A stretch of 64,000 bases of DNA from Cetorhinus maximus (GCF_964194155.1 NC_135879.1:212660001-212724000), one strand, 5' to 3'. Shown: positions 36,025 to 49,337, numbered from the stretch's first letter. A program made the numbers and translations. Notes: generated by a model not told the origin, from the letters alone.

Positions 36025-36690
36025 GGGCAGCAATTTCCCGTCGGCGAGTGCAGCCGGGGCCCACTCACCAACGCATAAAATGATGTGCAGTGATGTCGAG
36101 TGGGTGTCCTGACGTCACCGCGCGTCATTTAGATTGTCAGTTAGGCAGGCACGCAGCAGACTTGGTTGCACGTCCGCCGAACTGTTGAAGGTCTATTAAG
36201 GCCATTTAAATATCAATTAAGCTAATAAACTGAGCTGCCCATCCAACCTTAAGGTTGGCGGGCAGGCGAAGAGCCCAGGCAGCCTTCTCATATTTCATGG
36301 AACCTCATCCATAGGCGGGATAATGTTTCATAAAGTGTTTTAAAAAATCACTTAAAATTTTTTCCAAAATTTCATTAACATGTCCCAGCTCATGTGACAC
36401 TGTCACATGAAGGGACATGTTTCAAAAGTTTAAAAATCCTTTACTTAAAAGTTTAAAAACATTGAAACAAATCTCTCTGAGGCACCTCCATGTCTCAGGG
36501 AGATTTCTGCGCTCTTTCATGTGATGGGCACTCAGGGAATCCTTCACAGGGAGCGCACAGCACTTCCGGGCGAGCGTCACAATGGCCAGGCCTTAATTGA
36601 CCCGCCCATATAAAATGGCAGCATGCACCCGATCGGGGGTGCCTATTGGGTTCGCGCCCACCCCCGCCCATCCCCGCACAACCCCACCGT
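36025..36690 (-). mobile_element. Harbinger-derived MITE, same family as 18851/29697, inverted, one end lost
   Basis: Reverse complement is collinear with those MITEs (ccaattaaggcc, cctgagacatgg/gagctg, aaggttggatgggcagc); starts gggcagcaatttc. Confidence 0.7.
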
Positions 36691-36694
36691 ATGG

Positions 36695-37645
36695 CTGTCT
36701 AGAAGAACCCATCAGAGACAATCACCTTAGAGGAATGTGAATGACTCATCTCCTCACCCATACACCAAACTGGTCAGTTGGTGAGAGGAGATCATGTGAT
36801 GAGACAACTAACCGTCTTTTGTATTTTAGGAAACTGTTTAACTGTTTGTTTCTGGGCCAAACAGAAGAAGAAGAGACACAGAAGAAGAAGGATCCTGAGA
36901 GGGCTTTCTCTCTCTCCCTCCATCCATCCTTTAAGCTTGAGCCCTGTCAGTTGTTTGACCAGCTGTATACCGGAGGCAGCATCTAAAAACCAACCCAGCA
37001 GCCGCTGACTCCAGGAGACGAAATAGATGTTGTCTACCAACATTTTAATTCATCCTGTCACAGAATTCAGAAAGACCACTGAGCCCAGTCTGAAACCATC
37101 CAAGGCATCAATCTCCCAGATCATTTAAAACTAACTTTTTGGACTCTTAAACTACTTAACCAATCCTCCCAATTTGTAACTTGTGTGCGTGTGTGTGTTT
37201 TTCTGTGTGTGTGTGTGCTTTTGTGTGTGTGTCTGTTTTTTTGTGTGTGTGTTTTTCTGCATGTGTGTGTGTGTGTGTTTCTATCATTTGTTTCTGTGTT
37301 TTTGTGTGTGTGTGTGCGTGTTTGTGTGTGCGTGTTTGTGTTTCTGTGTGTGTCTATTTCTGTGTGTGTCTATGTGAGCTCCTGAATGCATGTGTGTGAG
37401 AGTCTGAGTGTTTTTAATATTTTTATTTAGGTCGGGTGTTAAATACAATAAATACTACACTCTGCCTGTTTTCAAAAACTTACAAGAAAACCTGCCTATG
37501 TGTGTCTTTTACAGTCACAGCACTTACACAGTTAAACACTCACTAAATTGGCAAGCATACTTTTTTTGAACAAAAACCTGTTGCCACCAATCAAGGACTA
37601 TGAAATGAGGGGAGCCACTCTACCACTCCTCACCTGACCGCAACC
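36695..37645 (+). mobile_element. Probable LTR fragment (solo, 5'-truncated)
   Basis: Non-coding block interrupting the CR1, with tgactca, a TG-rich tract, AATAAA near 37447 and an end cctcacctgaccgcaacca resembling fish Gypsy LTR ends. Confidence 0.45.
37180..37400 (+). repeat. Degenerate (TG)n/T-rich microsatellite
   Basis: Interrupted TG dinucleotide runs; explains the Cys/Val ORFs. Confidence 0.9.
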
Positions 37646-39354
37646 ACAACCTGTTATGCAAAGGGACCAACTCTGGGGTAAAGTCTGTTCACTGAGCATA
37701 TTAATGATTTGGATATTGGTCTAGGTGGTGTGGGGCCAAAATTTACAGTTGATACCTAAGTAAGGGGTATAGTTAATTCTCTAGAAGACCAAAGGAAGCT
37801 ACAGCAGTATATTAATAAGGTGTGGGAAACTGGATAAAAGATTAGCCAATGGAATTCAATGCAATAAGTATGAGATCATCTATTTTGTTAAAGCAAAAGG
37901 CAGTAATTACATTCTAAGTGGAAGGAGCTGTGGAAGAGAAGGATTTGGGCAGACAAGTTTACAGGACATTAAAGGCAGCACCTCAGGTCAACAGGCTGCT
38001 AAAAAATAAAGCTAATGGAATTCTTGATTTTTTTAATCACATGCAGAAAAGAATACAAAAACCAATAGCCAAATAAAATCTTAAGAAGACCTTATTTAGA
38101 ATACAATGTGCAATACTGGGCTCCATACGATAGGAAAGGTATTGAACCTTTACAGAGGATACAGCACAGAGATGAAGAAATAAAATATAATTAAATACTT
38201 GAAAATTGTATCTTATTTCATTAGAATATTGCAGATTATGAGGAGATATATCTGACAGACATATTTAAGATTCTGGAAGGATGGGACAGAATGTATAGAT
38301 GTGCAGCACTTTCAGTGTTTGAGAGGTTAGAATGAGGGTCCATCGATACAAGATTAAATGTAAGAAATTTAGAACAGAGATCAAGAGAAAATTCTTTACA
38401 CAGAGAGTTGTGAGGCTGCAGAATTCACTTCCTAGGTTGGTAGTTGAGGCTGAAACTATGTCAGTATTCAAGATTAGTTCAGGTTGGTGGGAATAGAAAA
38501 GGGGGATGAAAGGGATATGAGAGCAGAATGGATAAATGTGATTAGAACTATTGCTCATGAGGCAGGTAAATAATGGCATTTTTATTATATTAAGGCTGAT
38601 TTATAAGTGTAAGTTGTTTATATGAACTGGTTGGGCCAGATGACCTGTTTCTGTAACTTCCATGTATTTCTAGGTAATGGCTCTACTACTATATTCTCAG
38701 TTGCTTTTGAAACCATTTAGTGAATACTGCAACACTCAATATCCATTAATTTACAGAATCTACAATTGTCTTCATAAGTGCCCTTAGACATCTAATTGGA
38801 ATTAGTCAGTTTCCATGGAGTTACCTACAGGCTCTCTGTAACACAGACTTTGTGACCCTGTTCAGTATCAATAATTACATCATTGACATGCATTAGTCTT
38901 CTAATGGCCCTGTAACTGTGTTCCACCACAACAACAACAGAATACATGCCATGTTATTTATTTAGGGCCGATTTCTCTCCTGAGATGCTAAGGTATAGTT
39001 CCATACTCTTAACCCATTTGTTGGCAGGGGTTACTGGATGGCAATCATCAATGGGAATACTGTTTTATTATTTCCTCTTTTACCTAGTGATGCTAAGATG
39101 AATTTAGAACCCCCACTCAATATCCACCCAGAGGAGATTAACTAACTCAGCAACCCAACCCAAGAGCTGCTGATCTATTTGGCTGAGTTACAAAATGTGA
39201 CTTCCACAAGCCACTGACAAATCTCAGCAAGGTGTTTATAACTGCTCAACCACCAACTTTAAATGCCAAGATTGCTCAGAATTTCTAGCTTTCAACAAAA
39301 AATTTGGTGAACAAATAACAGCTTGTCTGGAGAGAAGTGCAGATAAGGCTAGAC

Positions 39355-41166
39355 ACTACAAAAATAATAAATGGACAAAACTAAAGGCTCTGCATCTAAA
39401 TGCATGTAGCATTTGAAACAAAAAGTGAGCGTTGGTTTTATAGAGAGTGCGTCCAGGAAATTGCTAATGGAAAGTAGGGAGATGGTGGATAAATTAAACA
39501 GGTATTTTGCTTCGGTCTTCACTATAGAGGACACAAGTAATATCCCGGAAATAGCTGTAAGCCAGGAAATAGAAGGGAAGGAGGCACTTGGGAAAATTAC
39601 AATCATCAGGGAAGTGGCATTGAAAAATTGTTGGGATTGCGGGCTGACAAATCTCCAGGTCTGGCTGGACTTTACTCTAAGGTCTTGAAAGAAGTGGCTA
39701 GTGAGATAGTTGGTACACTGATTTGAATTTTCCAAAATTCCCTAGAATTGGGGAAGGTTCCAATAGATTGGAAAATAGCAAATATAACTCCTTTATTCAA
39801 AAGGGAGGGAGACAGAAAGCAGGAAACTGTAGGCCAGTTAGCCTAACATATATCATAGGGAAAATGTTAGAAGCTATTATTAATGATGTTATAGCAGGGC
39901 ACTTAGAAAAATTCAAGGTAATCAGGTTAACGGGAAATCATGTTTAACCAATTTATTGGAGTTCTTTGAAAAAGTAATATGAACTGTGGATAAAGGGGAA
40001 CCGGTGGATGTACTGCACTTAGATTTCCAGAAGGCATTTGATAGAGTGCCACGTCAAACGTTATTGCAGAAAATAAAAGCTCATGGTGATAACATACTGG
40101 CATGGATAGAAGATTGGCTAGCTAACAGGAGGCAGAGAATTGGCATAAATGGGTCTTTTTCTGGTTGGCACGATGTGTTGAGTAGTGTGCCACAAGGATC
40201 AGTGCTGGGGCCTCAACCTTTTACAATTTATATAAATGACTTGGATGAAGGGACCGAAGGAATGGTTGCTCAATTTCTGTCAACGCAAAGATAGGTAGGA
40301 AAGTAAATTGTGAAGAGAATGCAAGGAGGCTACAAAGTTAGGTAGGTTAAGTGAGTGGGCAAAGATCTGGCAAATGGAATATAAAGTGGGCAAATGTGAA
40401 ATTGTTCATTTTGACAGGAGGAATGAAAAAGCTTATTATCTAAATGGTGAGAGGTTGCAGAGCTCTGAGATTCAGAGTGATTTGAGTGTCCCATGAATCA
40501 CAAAAGGTTAGTATGCAGGTACAGCAGGTAATTAGGAAAGCTCATAGAATGCTATAATTTATTGTGAGGGGAATTGATTACTAAAGTAGGAAGGTTATGC
40601 TTCAATTGTACAGCGCATTGGTGAGACCGCATCTGGAGTATTGTGTATAGTACTGGTCTCCTTATTTATAGAAAGATTTAAATGTGTTAGAAGCAGTTCA
40701 GAGAAGGTTTACTAGAGTATTACCAGGAATAGGCAGGTTGTCTTATGAGGAAAGGCTTGCGCCCACTGGAATTTAGAAGAGTAAGAGGCGACTTAATTGA
40801 AACCTTTAAGATCCTGAGGGGTCTTGGCAATGTGGACGTGGAAAGGATGTTTCCTCTTGTGGCAGAATCTAGAACTAGGGGGTTTAAAAATAAGAGGTGG
40901 CTCACTTAAGACAGAGATGAGGATAATTTTTTTCTCTCACAGGGTTGTGGGTCTTTGGAACTCTCTTCCTCAAAAGGCAGTGGAAGCAGAGTCTTTGAAT
41001 ATTTTTAAGACAGAGCTAGATAGATTCTTGATTAACAAGGGGGTGAAAGGTTATCGGGGGTAGGCAGGAATGTGGGGCTGAGGTTACATTCAGATCAGCC
41101 ATGATCTTATTGAATGGCAGAGCAGGCTCGAGGGGCCTCCTCCTGCTCCTAACTCATATGTTCGTA
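39355..41166 (+). mobile_element. CR1 LINE (HER1-type) ORF2 relic with a complete 3' end
   Basis: [57 protein letters not shown]; tail cctcctcctgctcctaactcatatgttcgta. Confidence 0.9.
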
Positions 41167-42030
41167 TAAGAGTGCTACAGACATTTATTGCATAGGACAG
41201 ATCTCAACCACATCACAGTTGTACAAGAAATGGCACATTAGAAGCAACCTCAACAGCAGGAGCTTCGTATAAACACATTTTTAGAAGGGTCCAAATGTTT
41301 AGACTGTTCAGAAACGTTGATTATTGTCAAAAATCACACTAGCACTCCATGTTCTCGCCAATCACTATAGACATGTATGTTTGAAGTTAGTAATGTTTCC
41401 CTTCCAATAACATCCTTTAAATCGTTCTGTTAGAATAACAAGTTCATTAAGAAGCTCTTATTTATAATAATGGCCTTGAGTGCTGTGGGTACAACATGCG
41501 TGTTCATTGAGGCTGCTGATTAAAATATTGATATCAAACAGATGTGGAATATGTAAAATATTCAATACGTGCTTAATATCATTTGGATTGGTACTTGTTT
41601 TCTTTATGCATCAGAATAAACACTATTTTTGAATGAACACACCTGCAGACTGTAGGCTGTGCCACCCATTCTGCCCTAGATCCTCCACCCTCTCTATAAG
41701 GCATCTTCACATTATGCTTATCCACATTGGTCCCTACTAAGCTGCTGGTTTGTCCTCAAGGGCAGAATTTTCTGGCTGGTGGGGGGCGGAAGGGGAGTGA
41801 GCGCGGGAGGGTGTGGACCCGATCGCCACTCACGATCGGGTCCGTGCCGCCATTTTACATGGACGGGCCAATTAAGGCCCACCAAGCGCACTTCACGACT
41901 CCTGTGCATAGCGGGAGTGGGCAGGCGGCGGCGGGCGCACTCAACGACCCAGCGGCCTGTATAAAGGAAGGCCTGGCAGCCTTGGAAAGGCTGCTTGCAA
42001 TGGCTGGGTGAAGGGCTCTGCAGAGGGGCA

Positions 42031-44257
42031 ATGGAAGTGATGCAAGTCTGGAGGGTAGGCCATCGTGGCAGGCCAGGCCGGAGAGTAGTAGGCCATCGGG
42101 GCAGGCCAGGCTGGAGGGTAGGGTGGGGGGCCAGTGTGCCCCTCGTTTTTCCGATGACTGCCTTGCTGCCCTCTTTGAGGTGGCAGCACGGCGGGAGGTG
42201 CTGGTTCCCCAGGACGGGAGGAGGAGGCCCCCCTACATGACGAAACGTGCCTGAGAGGAGGTGGCGGAGGTGGTGAGCTCCTGCAACGTGGTGCGGCGCA
42301 CCTGGATCCAGTGTTGCCAGCGCTTCAATGACTTGTTGCGCTCTGGAAGGGTGAGGACAATGTTGACATTGGTCACTTAACCCAGCAGGTCGGCTTTCCC
42401 CCCTACTGCCCCACCCCACCCCACCAAGTCTGAGTGTAGTGACTGCATTGAATCATTGACGGCATGTGTCCTTTGCTGGGTGGGCCAGCAGATATTGCCC
42501 ATGCCGAGGTCAGCCTAAGAGGGTGCTGAAGAGATGCGTTCTGACCCCGCAGCATGTGGTACACTGAGACCCACATGACTGGTTTGGGGGCAACCTGGAG
42601 GAGCTGCACCTAGGCGCAGTGCTGGAACTCCAGGACATGTCAAAGTCAGGGTGATGAGATGCTGGGAGGGGAGCTTCAAGGTGGCGTGGCAACGATCCTC
42701 TGTGCTCCATGTACTTGTGCCTCCTTGCTATGGAAGGATATACCGTGTGGTGCCTAATATGATGTAGGCATCATGTGTCCAAGGGGAGGGTGGGGGGGTG
42801 GGGAACAGGCCTAGCATCTTTGTGTGAGTGTTCGGCAGCAACAGGGTGAGGAGGCACTGGAGCCCTGATATGTCTCACTCTGGTTGGGGTGGGCTGTCCA
42901 CAAAGAGACTCCATGTGTAATTTGCGCAAATCAATGCTCTTCTCTCATTTTCAGGGGAAGAATGCTCATAATGCAGCAGAGCGAATGAGGACTGGCGGCA
43001 GCCAGGCGCAGTTTGCCATTCTCAGCTGGTTTGAGCAGGAGGCCCTGGATTCGGAGAGGCACCATGCGCCCAGGTTCACTGGTGTTGGTGAGGCTGGGGT
43101 GCCATGGCCAGGTATGTATGCCCAGTGAGATCAGCGTTGTTCTCCCAACAGCCATAGCACTGCTGAATGTTAAACGATTTAGTTTTGCAACATGGCTTGA
43201 CCATTGCTTATGGAAGGATGAGCGCATAATGATCTGGGGGACAGGGATGCACTTTGTCATTGTCTCCACGTTAACTGATCCACTGTCCTTGTTCTTCCTT
43301 TCAGCATCAGCGGAGTAGGGCCGGGAGGAGAGGCCCCCCCCCCCCCTCACACCTGAGGGCCCTGAAGTCTCACCAGCGTTATACCATCTCTGCCAGGCAG
43401 ACACCAGCACAGATACTAGCACCTCAGTGGGAATTAGAACATCGGCTAGTGTCCCGCGGCACAGTGGTGAGGGCACTTCACAGTCACTGGAGGAGCTGGC
43501 AGAGAGAGAGTGTGCCCATGGCGCCAGCAGTCGGAGGACTGCAGGGGACCAGGCACATGCTCAGTCAGTGCCTGATGATGTGCCTTTGGAGTCGTCTGCA
43601 ATGCAGCAAATGCAGGAAATGCAGCCGGGTGTGCAGGAGCATCTGGGGGAGATGCATGAGGCTGTGCTTGGCTTGGTCTCCGTGGTGGAGAAGTCTACAC
43701 AGACGCACGCCGAAGCAATGAGCCACATGTCCGAGTGCCATGCATCCTCCATGGAGAGAGTGGCGACTCTCGTGGAGAGGCTCCTCCAGGAGACCCGTCA
43801 GGGCTTCCTGGGGATGCGCTCGGACCAGCAAGCCCTCACATCAGCATTGATCTCAGATGGTCAGTGCCAACGTGGGAGATGATTTGGGCACCAAGTTTCC
43901 CAGCTTGGTGCCCATCCATCCACGGTGAGCAGGGAGGTCCAAAGCGATCTCATGTTGGCGCAGTAACTGCCTGTCATCTCTACGGGCACGTCTCAGGGCG
44001 CTCCGGATGAGGGTGGCAGCTCCTCCGCCCCTCTCCCAATGACCGTAGCATCCGGTGAGGCTGCAATGACTGGGGAGATGTCAGCTGTGGAACTGGTAGA
44101 TCCTTCCCAGGCGGGGCCACCACAGGCCAGAGGACGACTGCCAAGGTCATCGAGGCCAACAGAACAGCAGAGTCAGCAGGCTGTCTCAGATGCCACTCCC
44201 AGCGACGGGGCAGCACCAAGATGTAGCCCCCAGAAACGTAAACATAAGGCACCTTAG
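42031..44257 (+). pseudogene. Harbinger Myb/SANT-like gene, 3 exons (about 42031-42350, 42955-43111, 43305-44257), disrupted
   Basis: APRFSDDCLAALFEVAARREVL..TKRA*EEVAEVV..RRTWIQCCQRFNDLLRSGR|gtgagg; cag|GKNAHNAAERMRTGGS..|gtatgt; TATAAAG at 41960; premature stops and frameshifts. Confidence 0.85.
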
Positions 44258-44559
44258 GCACACCACGGGTTTATCACTGGTGCTTTTGTGTAGGTCCGAG
44301 ATGAGGTCTTTACGATTTGCTTTGAATTGGAACACCATTGACATTTTGTTCCATTAAGTTTCTTTGCTTGTGATATTAAATTCAGACATGTGACCATGAC
44401 TGAGGGTGCCTCTTTTCTTCTGCATGTGTATGGTTTCCAAAAATGTTAGGAGTGCTTTGTGGGACATTCAGCTTTATTAACAAGGCCCTTAGTTACTGTT
44501 CCTGACGTGGCAGATTTTGCACTTAGGTATCGAGTATGGAGCCTACAGCCCAGTCTTGT

Positions 44560-45805
44560 CCTGGAGGTCCATCTGTGGTGTGCTAGCTGAAGGTTTGTTG
44601 GGTTAATGTCTCCGGGTGTCTTGCCTCCCTGCAGTATGCCTGGGTCAGCGTCTATCCCCTGTGCTTGGTCATCCTCGGACTCACTGCTGGACTTATCGTA
44701 TGCAGCTGCAGACACCGTGTCGACGTCTTCATCATCCACTGCATCCCCCCTTTCCAGCGCAAGATTGTGGAGAGCACAGCAATGCAACCACTATCACCGA
44801 CACACGATCTGGGGGGTAATGGAGTGCGCTCCCTGAGCGGTACAGGCATTAGAAGCGCATCTTGAGAAGACCGATGGTTCTCTCCACCACAGCCCTTGTG
44901 GAGCCGTGGCTCCTATTGCACTGCTGCTCAGCTTCTGTTTTTGGATGGCAGAGAGGCATTGTGAGCCACCTTCTGAGGGGATAGCCCTTGTCACCCAGCA
45001 GCCATCCATCCAGCCGGGCTGGAGCACTGAAGAGCCCCAGCACCTGGGAGTGCCTGAGGATGTAGGTGTCTTGGGAGATACCTGGATACCTTGCACAGAC
45101 TTGTAGAATCAGCATCCTGTGATCACACACTATCTGCACGTTCATGGAGTGGAAGCCCTTCCTGTTGACGAAGGCACCCGGCTCACCCGCTGGCGCCTTG
45201 ATGGCCACATGTGTGCAGCCTATTGCACCCTGGACGCGGGGGAAGCCTGCAATGGCCACGTAGCCTCTGGCTCGCTGTGCCTGACTTGCCTGGTTCCAAT
45301 GGTAGTGGATGAATGTCAATGCCCGTCTGAACAGAGCGTCTGTAACCTGCTTGACACAAGTGTGGACAGCTGATTGGGAGATACCGCAAAGATCACCCAC
45401 CGACCCCTGGAAGGAGCCAGAGGCATAGAAGTTGAGAGGAGCTGTGACCTTCAGAGCCGCTGGCATGGGGTGTCCACCCACACAGTTAGTGGAGATCTCA
45501 GGCCTAATGATCTGACATATATAATTGACTGTCTCCCTTGAGAGACGGAGCCTCCTTCGGCACTGCACCTCAGACATATTGAGGTAGCTGCTTTGCTGCC
45601 TGTATACCCTGGCAGAAGGATAGTGGCGTCTTCTGCGGCCCCTTCCGCCTTGGTCTACCTATTGGCCCTGCACCCCTTGTGCCTGCGCCTGTCCTCCCAA
45701 AGGTGGCTCCCCTGGAGGCTGAATGTGCACTCCTGGCCTCCTCCCCCTTCTAGCCCTCCCTTCCTCCTCAGAGGAGGTGCCTCCAGTGGGCAGTTCGGCT
45801 CCCAT
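44560..45805 (-). pseudogene. Harbinger DDE transposase (HARBI1-like, DDE_Tnp_4), disrupted
   Basis: RLRLSRETV, FYASGSFQ..GD..GISQS, GAIGCTHV (catalytic D changed to G), NRKGFHSMNVQIVCD, LLGDKGYP, VVERTIGLLKMRF*, CCALHN; in-frame ATG at 45805 with an internal TAG, TAA at 44849, downstream frameshifts. Confidence 0.92.
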
Positions 45806-46649
45806 TCCCAGGCTAAGGGAAGGCTTCCCGAAACCTGCAGGCCCAAAAAAGATTCCTCACTGCAGAGTGCTGACCTGAAGGTTGAGTGTCCAGACAAAGC
45901 AGTTGGTATGTGTTTTGAAGTATTGCAGATCACACAGGCAAGCTTCAATAACTTTGAAAAATCAATACTTGAGAGAGCACACTCGCGACCCCACTGAGCC
46001 CTCTTAACCTGCCCGTGGATGAGGTTTATACAAATGTGTCTTATTGCGCCCGTGCGCCGACCTGAAGGTTGCACGGGCGCCGAAAAATCTGTGTCGATTG
46101 GTGAGTCAAGGGCCTTAAGTGGCCCATTAATTAATGACGGGCACACAGCGGATATCATTGCACGCTCGCCCAACGAAATATTGCGATGGCGCGCAGTAAC
46201 GTTGGGACGGTCGCCCGATGTCACCACGTGTCATTTTACGCATGGACGTGTAGGGCCCTCCCCCACACACCAATGGGAAAATTCTGCCCCAAATCTTTTC
46301 TTTAACCCAATTTTCTCCATTCCTTTCATCTTGTTTAATGATTATGGGAACCAGTTACCATCCACTACCGTGGTCACGTGACTGCTGTTTTTGTGCAAAT
46401 TTTGACAGTGAGGTGGTATTTGACCTTTGAAGTCATGAAAGCCCAGCCTCAAACATTTGTCATTTAAATTCTCAAACTGTTGCAGCAACTCAGGAGCTAT
46501 GAATTGAGTTGGGCAAAATATGAGAGTCATTGGAGCAAGGGCAGGTGAAATGTTATACAGACGGCTGTAAAAGAAGACATAAGGAAGGAAAATCTATCGA
46601 CGGTGTTAAAATGGTATAGGATGAAATTGAAAGAGACAGTTCCAGTACA

Positions 46650-47180
46650 CTTGGCGCTCAGCATGTCCAACCACAGCACAGTAGCAGTCAACCAATGCAA
46701 ATGAATAGAACAGTAGAGTACAAGTCAGAGCAAGTCACACTCTTGTCAGATCACACTTCGTATATTGCATCAGGTTCTAGTTGGTGCAACACAAGGGAGA
46801 CATTCGAGTCCTGGAGGTGGTTCATAGAACCAAGAGTTCTGTATACCATGCCCAGTATCACTCAAACAGCAGAGACGGCAGGACCAAAGAAACATGGGCT
46901 TTTCAGTTTTCAAGGAGGCAACCAAAACATGACATTATACAGGTAGTTAAAATAGTAAAGAGTATAGGAAAGGCAGATTCGGAGCACAAATTAAACTAAA
47001 GCATGACAATAGAAGAATAGGAGAAGAGATTCAAAGGAAATTTAAGACCAATTTATGAGGACAGTTTTCATACAAATAGTGATTAACTCATGAAATTATA
47101 TTCTGGTTAGAGTTTTGGAAGTAAAAGGCCTGGAATTATTTACAAATCAGTTTGATGTTGCAATGTCACATTATAGTTCA
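46650..47180 (+). mobile_element. Highly decayed CR1 3' fragment
   Basis: Residual RTVEYKSE, cttttcagtttt..ggaggc and tgacattatacaggta blocks. Confidence 0.45.
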
Positions 47181-47214
47181 TTTGTGTTTCTGTTATGAGG
47201 GTGTAGTGGAATTT

Positions 47215-47670
47215 TAACTGGAACAGGCATTTAAATACTGTGGTTACAAGAGCAAGTCAGAGGCTGGTAATTCAGTGGTGACTAATTCATCTCCAAACTC
47301 CCATAGGTCTGTCCACCATCTACAAGTCACAAATTAGGAGTGTGATGGAATACTTAGAACTTGCTTGGATGAGTGCAGCTCCAACAATACTCAAGAAGCT
47401 TGTGGCAATCCAGGACAAAGCAGCTTGCTTGATTGACAGCCCATCCACCACCTTGAATGGTCATTCCACCCAATGATGCACAGTGGTAGCAGTGTGTGCA
47501 TCTACAAGAGGCACTGCAGCAACTTGCCAAGGCGCTTTCGACAGCACCTTCTAAACCCATGGCCTCTACCACCTAGAAGGACAAGGGCAGCAGATACATG
47601 GGAACACCACCACCTGGAAATTCCCCTCCAAGTCACTCACCATCCTGACTTGGAAATATATCGCCATATA
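47215..47670 (+). mobile_element. CR1-clade LINE 3' fragment (family of 3292-5292), followed by a Deu-SINE tail to about 47855
   Basis: LSTIYKSQIRSVMEYLELAWMSAAPTILKKL; nucleotide match to 4920-5100. Confidence 0.8.
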
Positions 47671-48089
47671 TCAACACTACCAAATTTACATCCATTGATC
47701 AATTGCTGTTTGTGGATCTTTGCTGTGTGCAGGTTGGTTGTTTTACTTGCCTTCAAAACAAGGGCCTTCACTTCCATAAGTAATTCACAGCTGTGAAATA
47801 CTTTGATACACCCTGAGGATATGAAAGCTGCTTTATGCATGCAGGTTCTTTCTTACTCTGCCCCTCTTTGATTACAATCACAGTACCCTCCCTTTCACAC
47901 CAGTGTCATACTTTCATTTGCCACATTAGGCATTCTTAGATTTTCCTTGCCAATTTATGCCCAACTTTGCACCATGGAATCATGTCAGCAATGAATGAGA
48001 CTATGTGAAGTAATGCAACTTGGGCTCTGAGCAGTTTGCAAACAGAAAGTTCTTGCTCCATTAGACGGTGTTAGATTCAAGTTTGAAAA

Positions 48090-49060
48090 ATGGTGGGGTA
48101 GATCAAGGGGTGTTTCAAGATTCAGGGAGACCCACCTGCATTGTTTTCCTCAATATTCATTAAGCTTCTGATTTCACATAGCCTCTTTAGAAAATGGAAG
48201 CCAAGGGAGTACTGAATGTTGGATATTATCTCGCTCCAGTGTAAGTGAGACTCTGTGTAAGTGAGACTCACTGAACCTATTTATCTTGAAAGAGGAGTAA
48301 GGCAACATGGCCCACTATCACCCATCCTATTTAATGTTGGATGGCATTAAACCCATAGAGTGCCTGTTGTAGGCATTTTGAAAGGCTTGTGATACATTTT
48401 TCCATAGATGATAGTATTGTTTGCCGACATCCTGAAGACTCTAATGCAACCTCCTTCCTATTTATCCTGGTTATTCAAAAGATACAGGGGGCACTTGCTT
48501 TATTTTCTGATTCTCACCAATGCCTGAGGTTTCTGGTGGATCTGTCCTAAGATAGGTGAAGTGAGTTTTGCCTTTTGTGTCCAAATGCAGATTAAACTTG
48601 TGATATGTGTCCAAACAGTTCCCTTTAGTATGGAACCTCTGGGTTGAAAGGGCTTCTCTTGGCCCATGCATGAGATCCAAGATCAAACTGTGAGGTGGAT
48701 TGGCGGCATAAGAAAAACGCAGTTACAGGGAGAGTGATCTCTGGCCTGTTCCTCTGTGCACTGGGACTCTGTTTTCCAATAGGGCCTATCTCTTTACCAA
48801 ATCCCCTCACTTAAATTCCTGGATGAAGCAGTTGATGAAAATTGTTGTGTATCAATGGACTTCAATATCGAAAACATTAGGGCAGTTGAAACATCACAAA
48901 ATTTCCTTCCGCCATGTTGAAGCCAATATCAAATACAACTAATCGCAAACTCTGAGGCCCAGGCTGACACTTGCTGGATGATTCTAACCAGAGACTAAAC
49001 ATGAGAACACACATCCAGTTCAATGTCTATCACGATTCAGTAGCAAAGAGGTAAGTATTT
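48090..49060 (+). mobile_element. Ancient non-LTR RT relic, possibly R2/NeSL-like
   Basis: RPTCIVFLNIH*AS and TEPIYLERGVRQHGPLSPILFNV resemble RT motifs (FLDxxKAFD, GVRQGDPLSPILFN); the downstream part is only weakly recognisable. Confidence 0.5.
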
Positions 49061-49337
49061 GCTACTTTGTAGCTCCAGTTGGTGGGGTTTGGTGTGCAGC
49101 TTTCCTGTGGTAAGTAATAATATGCTCACCCATTTTATGGTGAGTTGTACAGCTCACCATGCTGCCCATGAATAATTCCTACTTTCTGCCGAGTGAGGCT
49201 CAAACCCATGCCTGTGATCATTCTCCTTTTGAGAGTGCAAACAAAAACATACTCGGGATGTGAGTGTCACTGGCAAGGCTGGCATTTATTTTCCATCCCT
49301 TGATATACTCAGAAGAAGATATGGGCCTTCTTCTTGA

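Larger units (their letters stand above)
34340..38670 (+). mobile_element. Old CR1 LINE split by RTE, MITE and LTR insertions
   Basis: Collinear decayed ORF2 motifs (PGNYRPVSLTSVIGK, VDVMYLDFGKSFDKVP, INDLD, KFTVDTK) and a CR1 3' tail near 38630-38670. Confidence 0.75.
41760..46289. mobile_element. Full-length PIF/Harbinger DNA transposon, inactivated
   Basis: Perfect 13-bp TIRs gggcagaattttc / gaaaattctgccc; CAA TSD at 41757-41759 and 46290-46292; convergent Myb-like and transposase genes. Confidence 0.95.

Noticed and set aside
37181-37399. Cys/Val-rich ORFs
   Set aside because: Translation of a TG microsatellite
41718-42419. 233-aa minus-strand ORF
   Set aside because: Antisense shadow of the GC-rich Myb exon 1 and TIR region
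44849-45577. Host HARBI1 gene
   Set aside because: Enclosed by TIRs and a TSD, catalytic Asp mutated, stops and frameshifts: a transposon copy, not the domesticated gene
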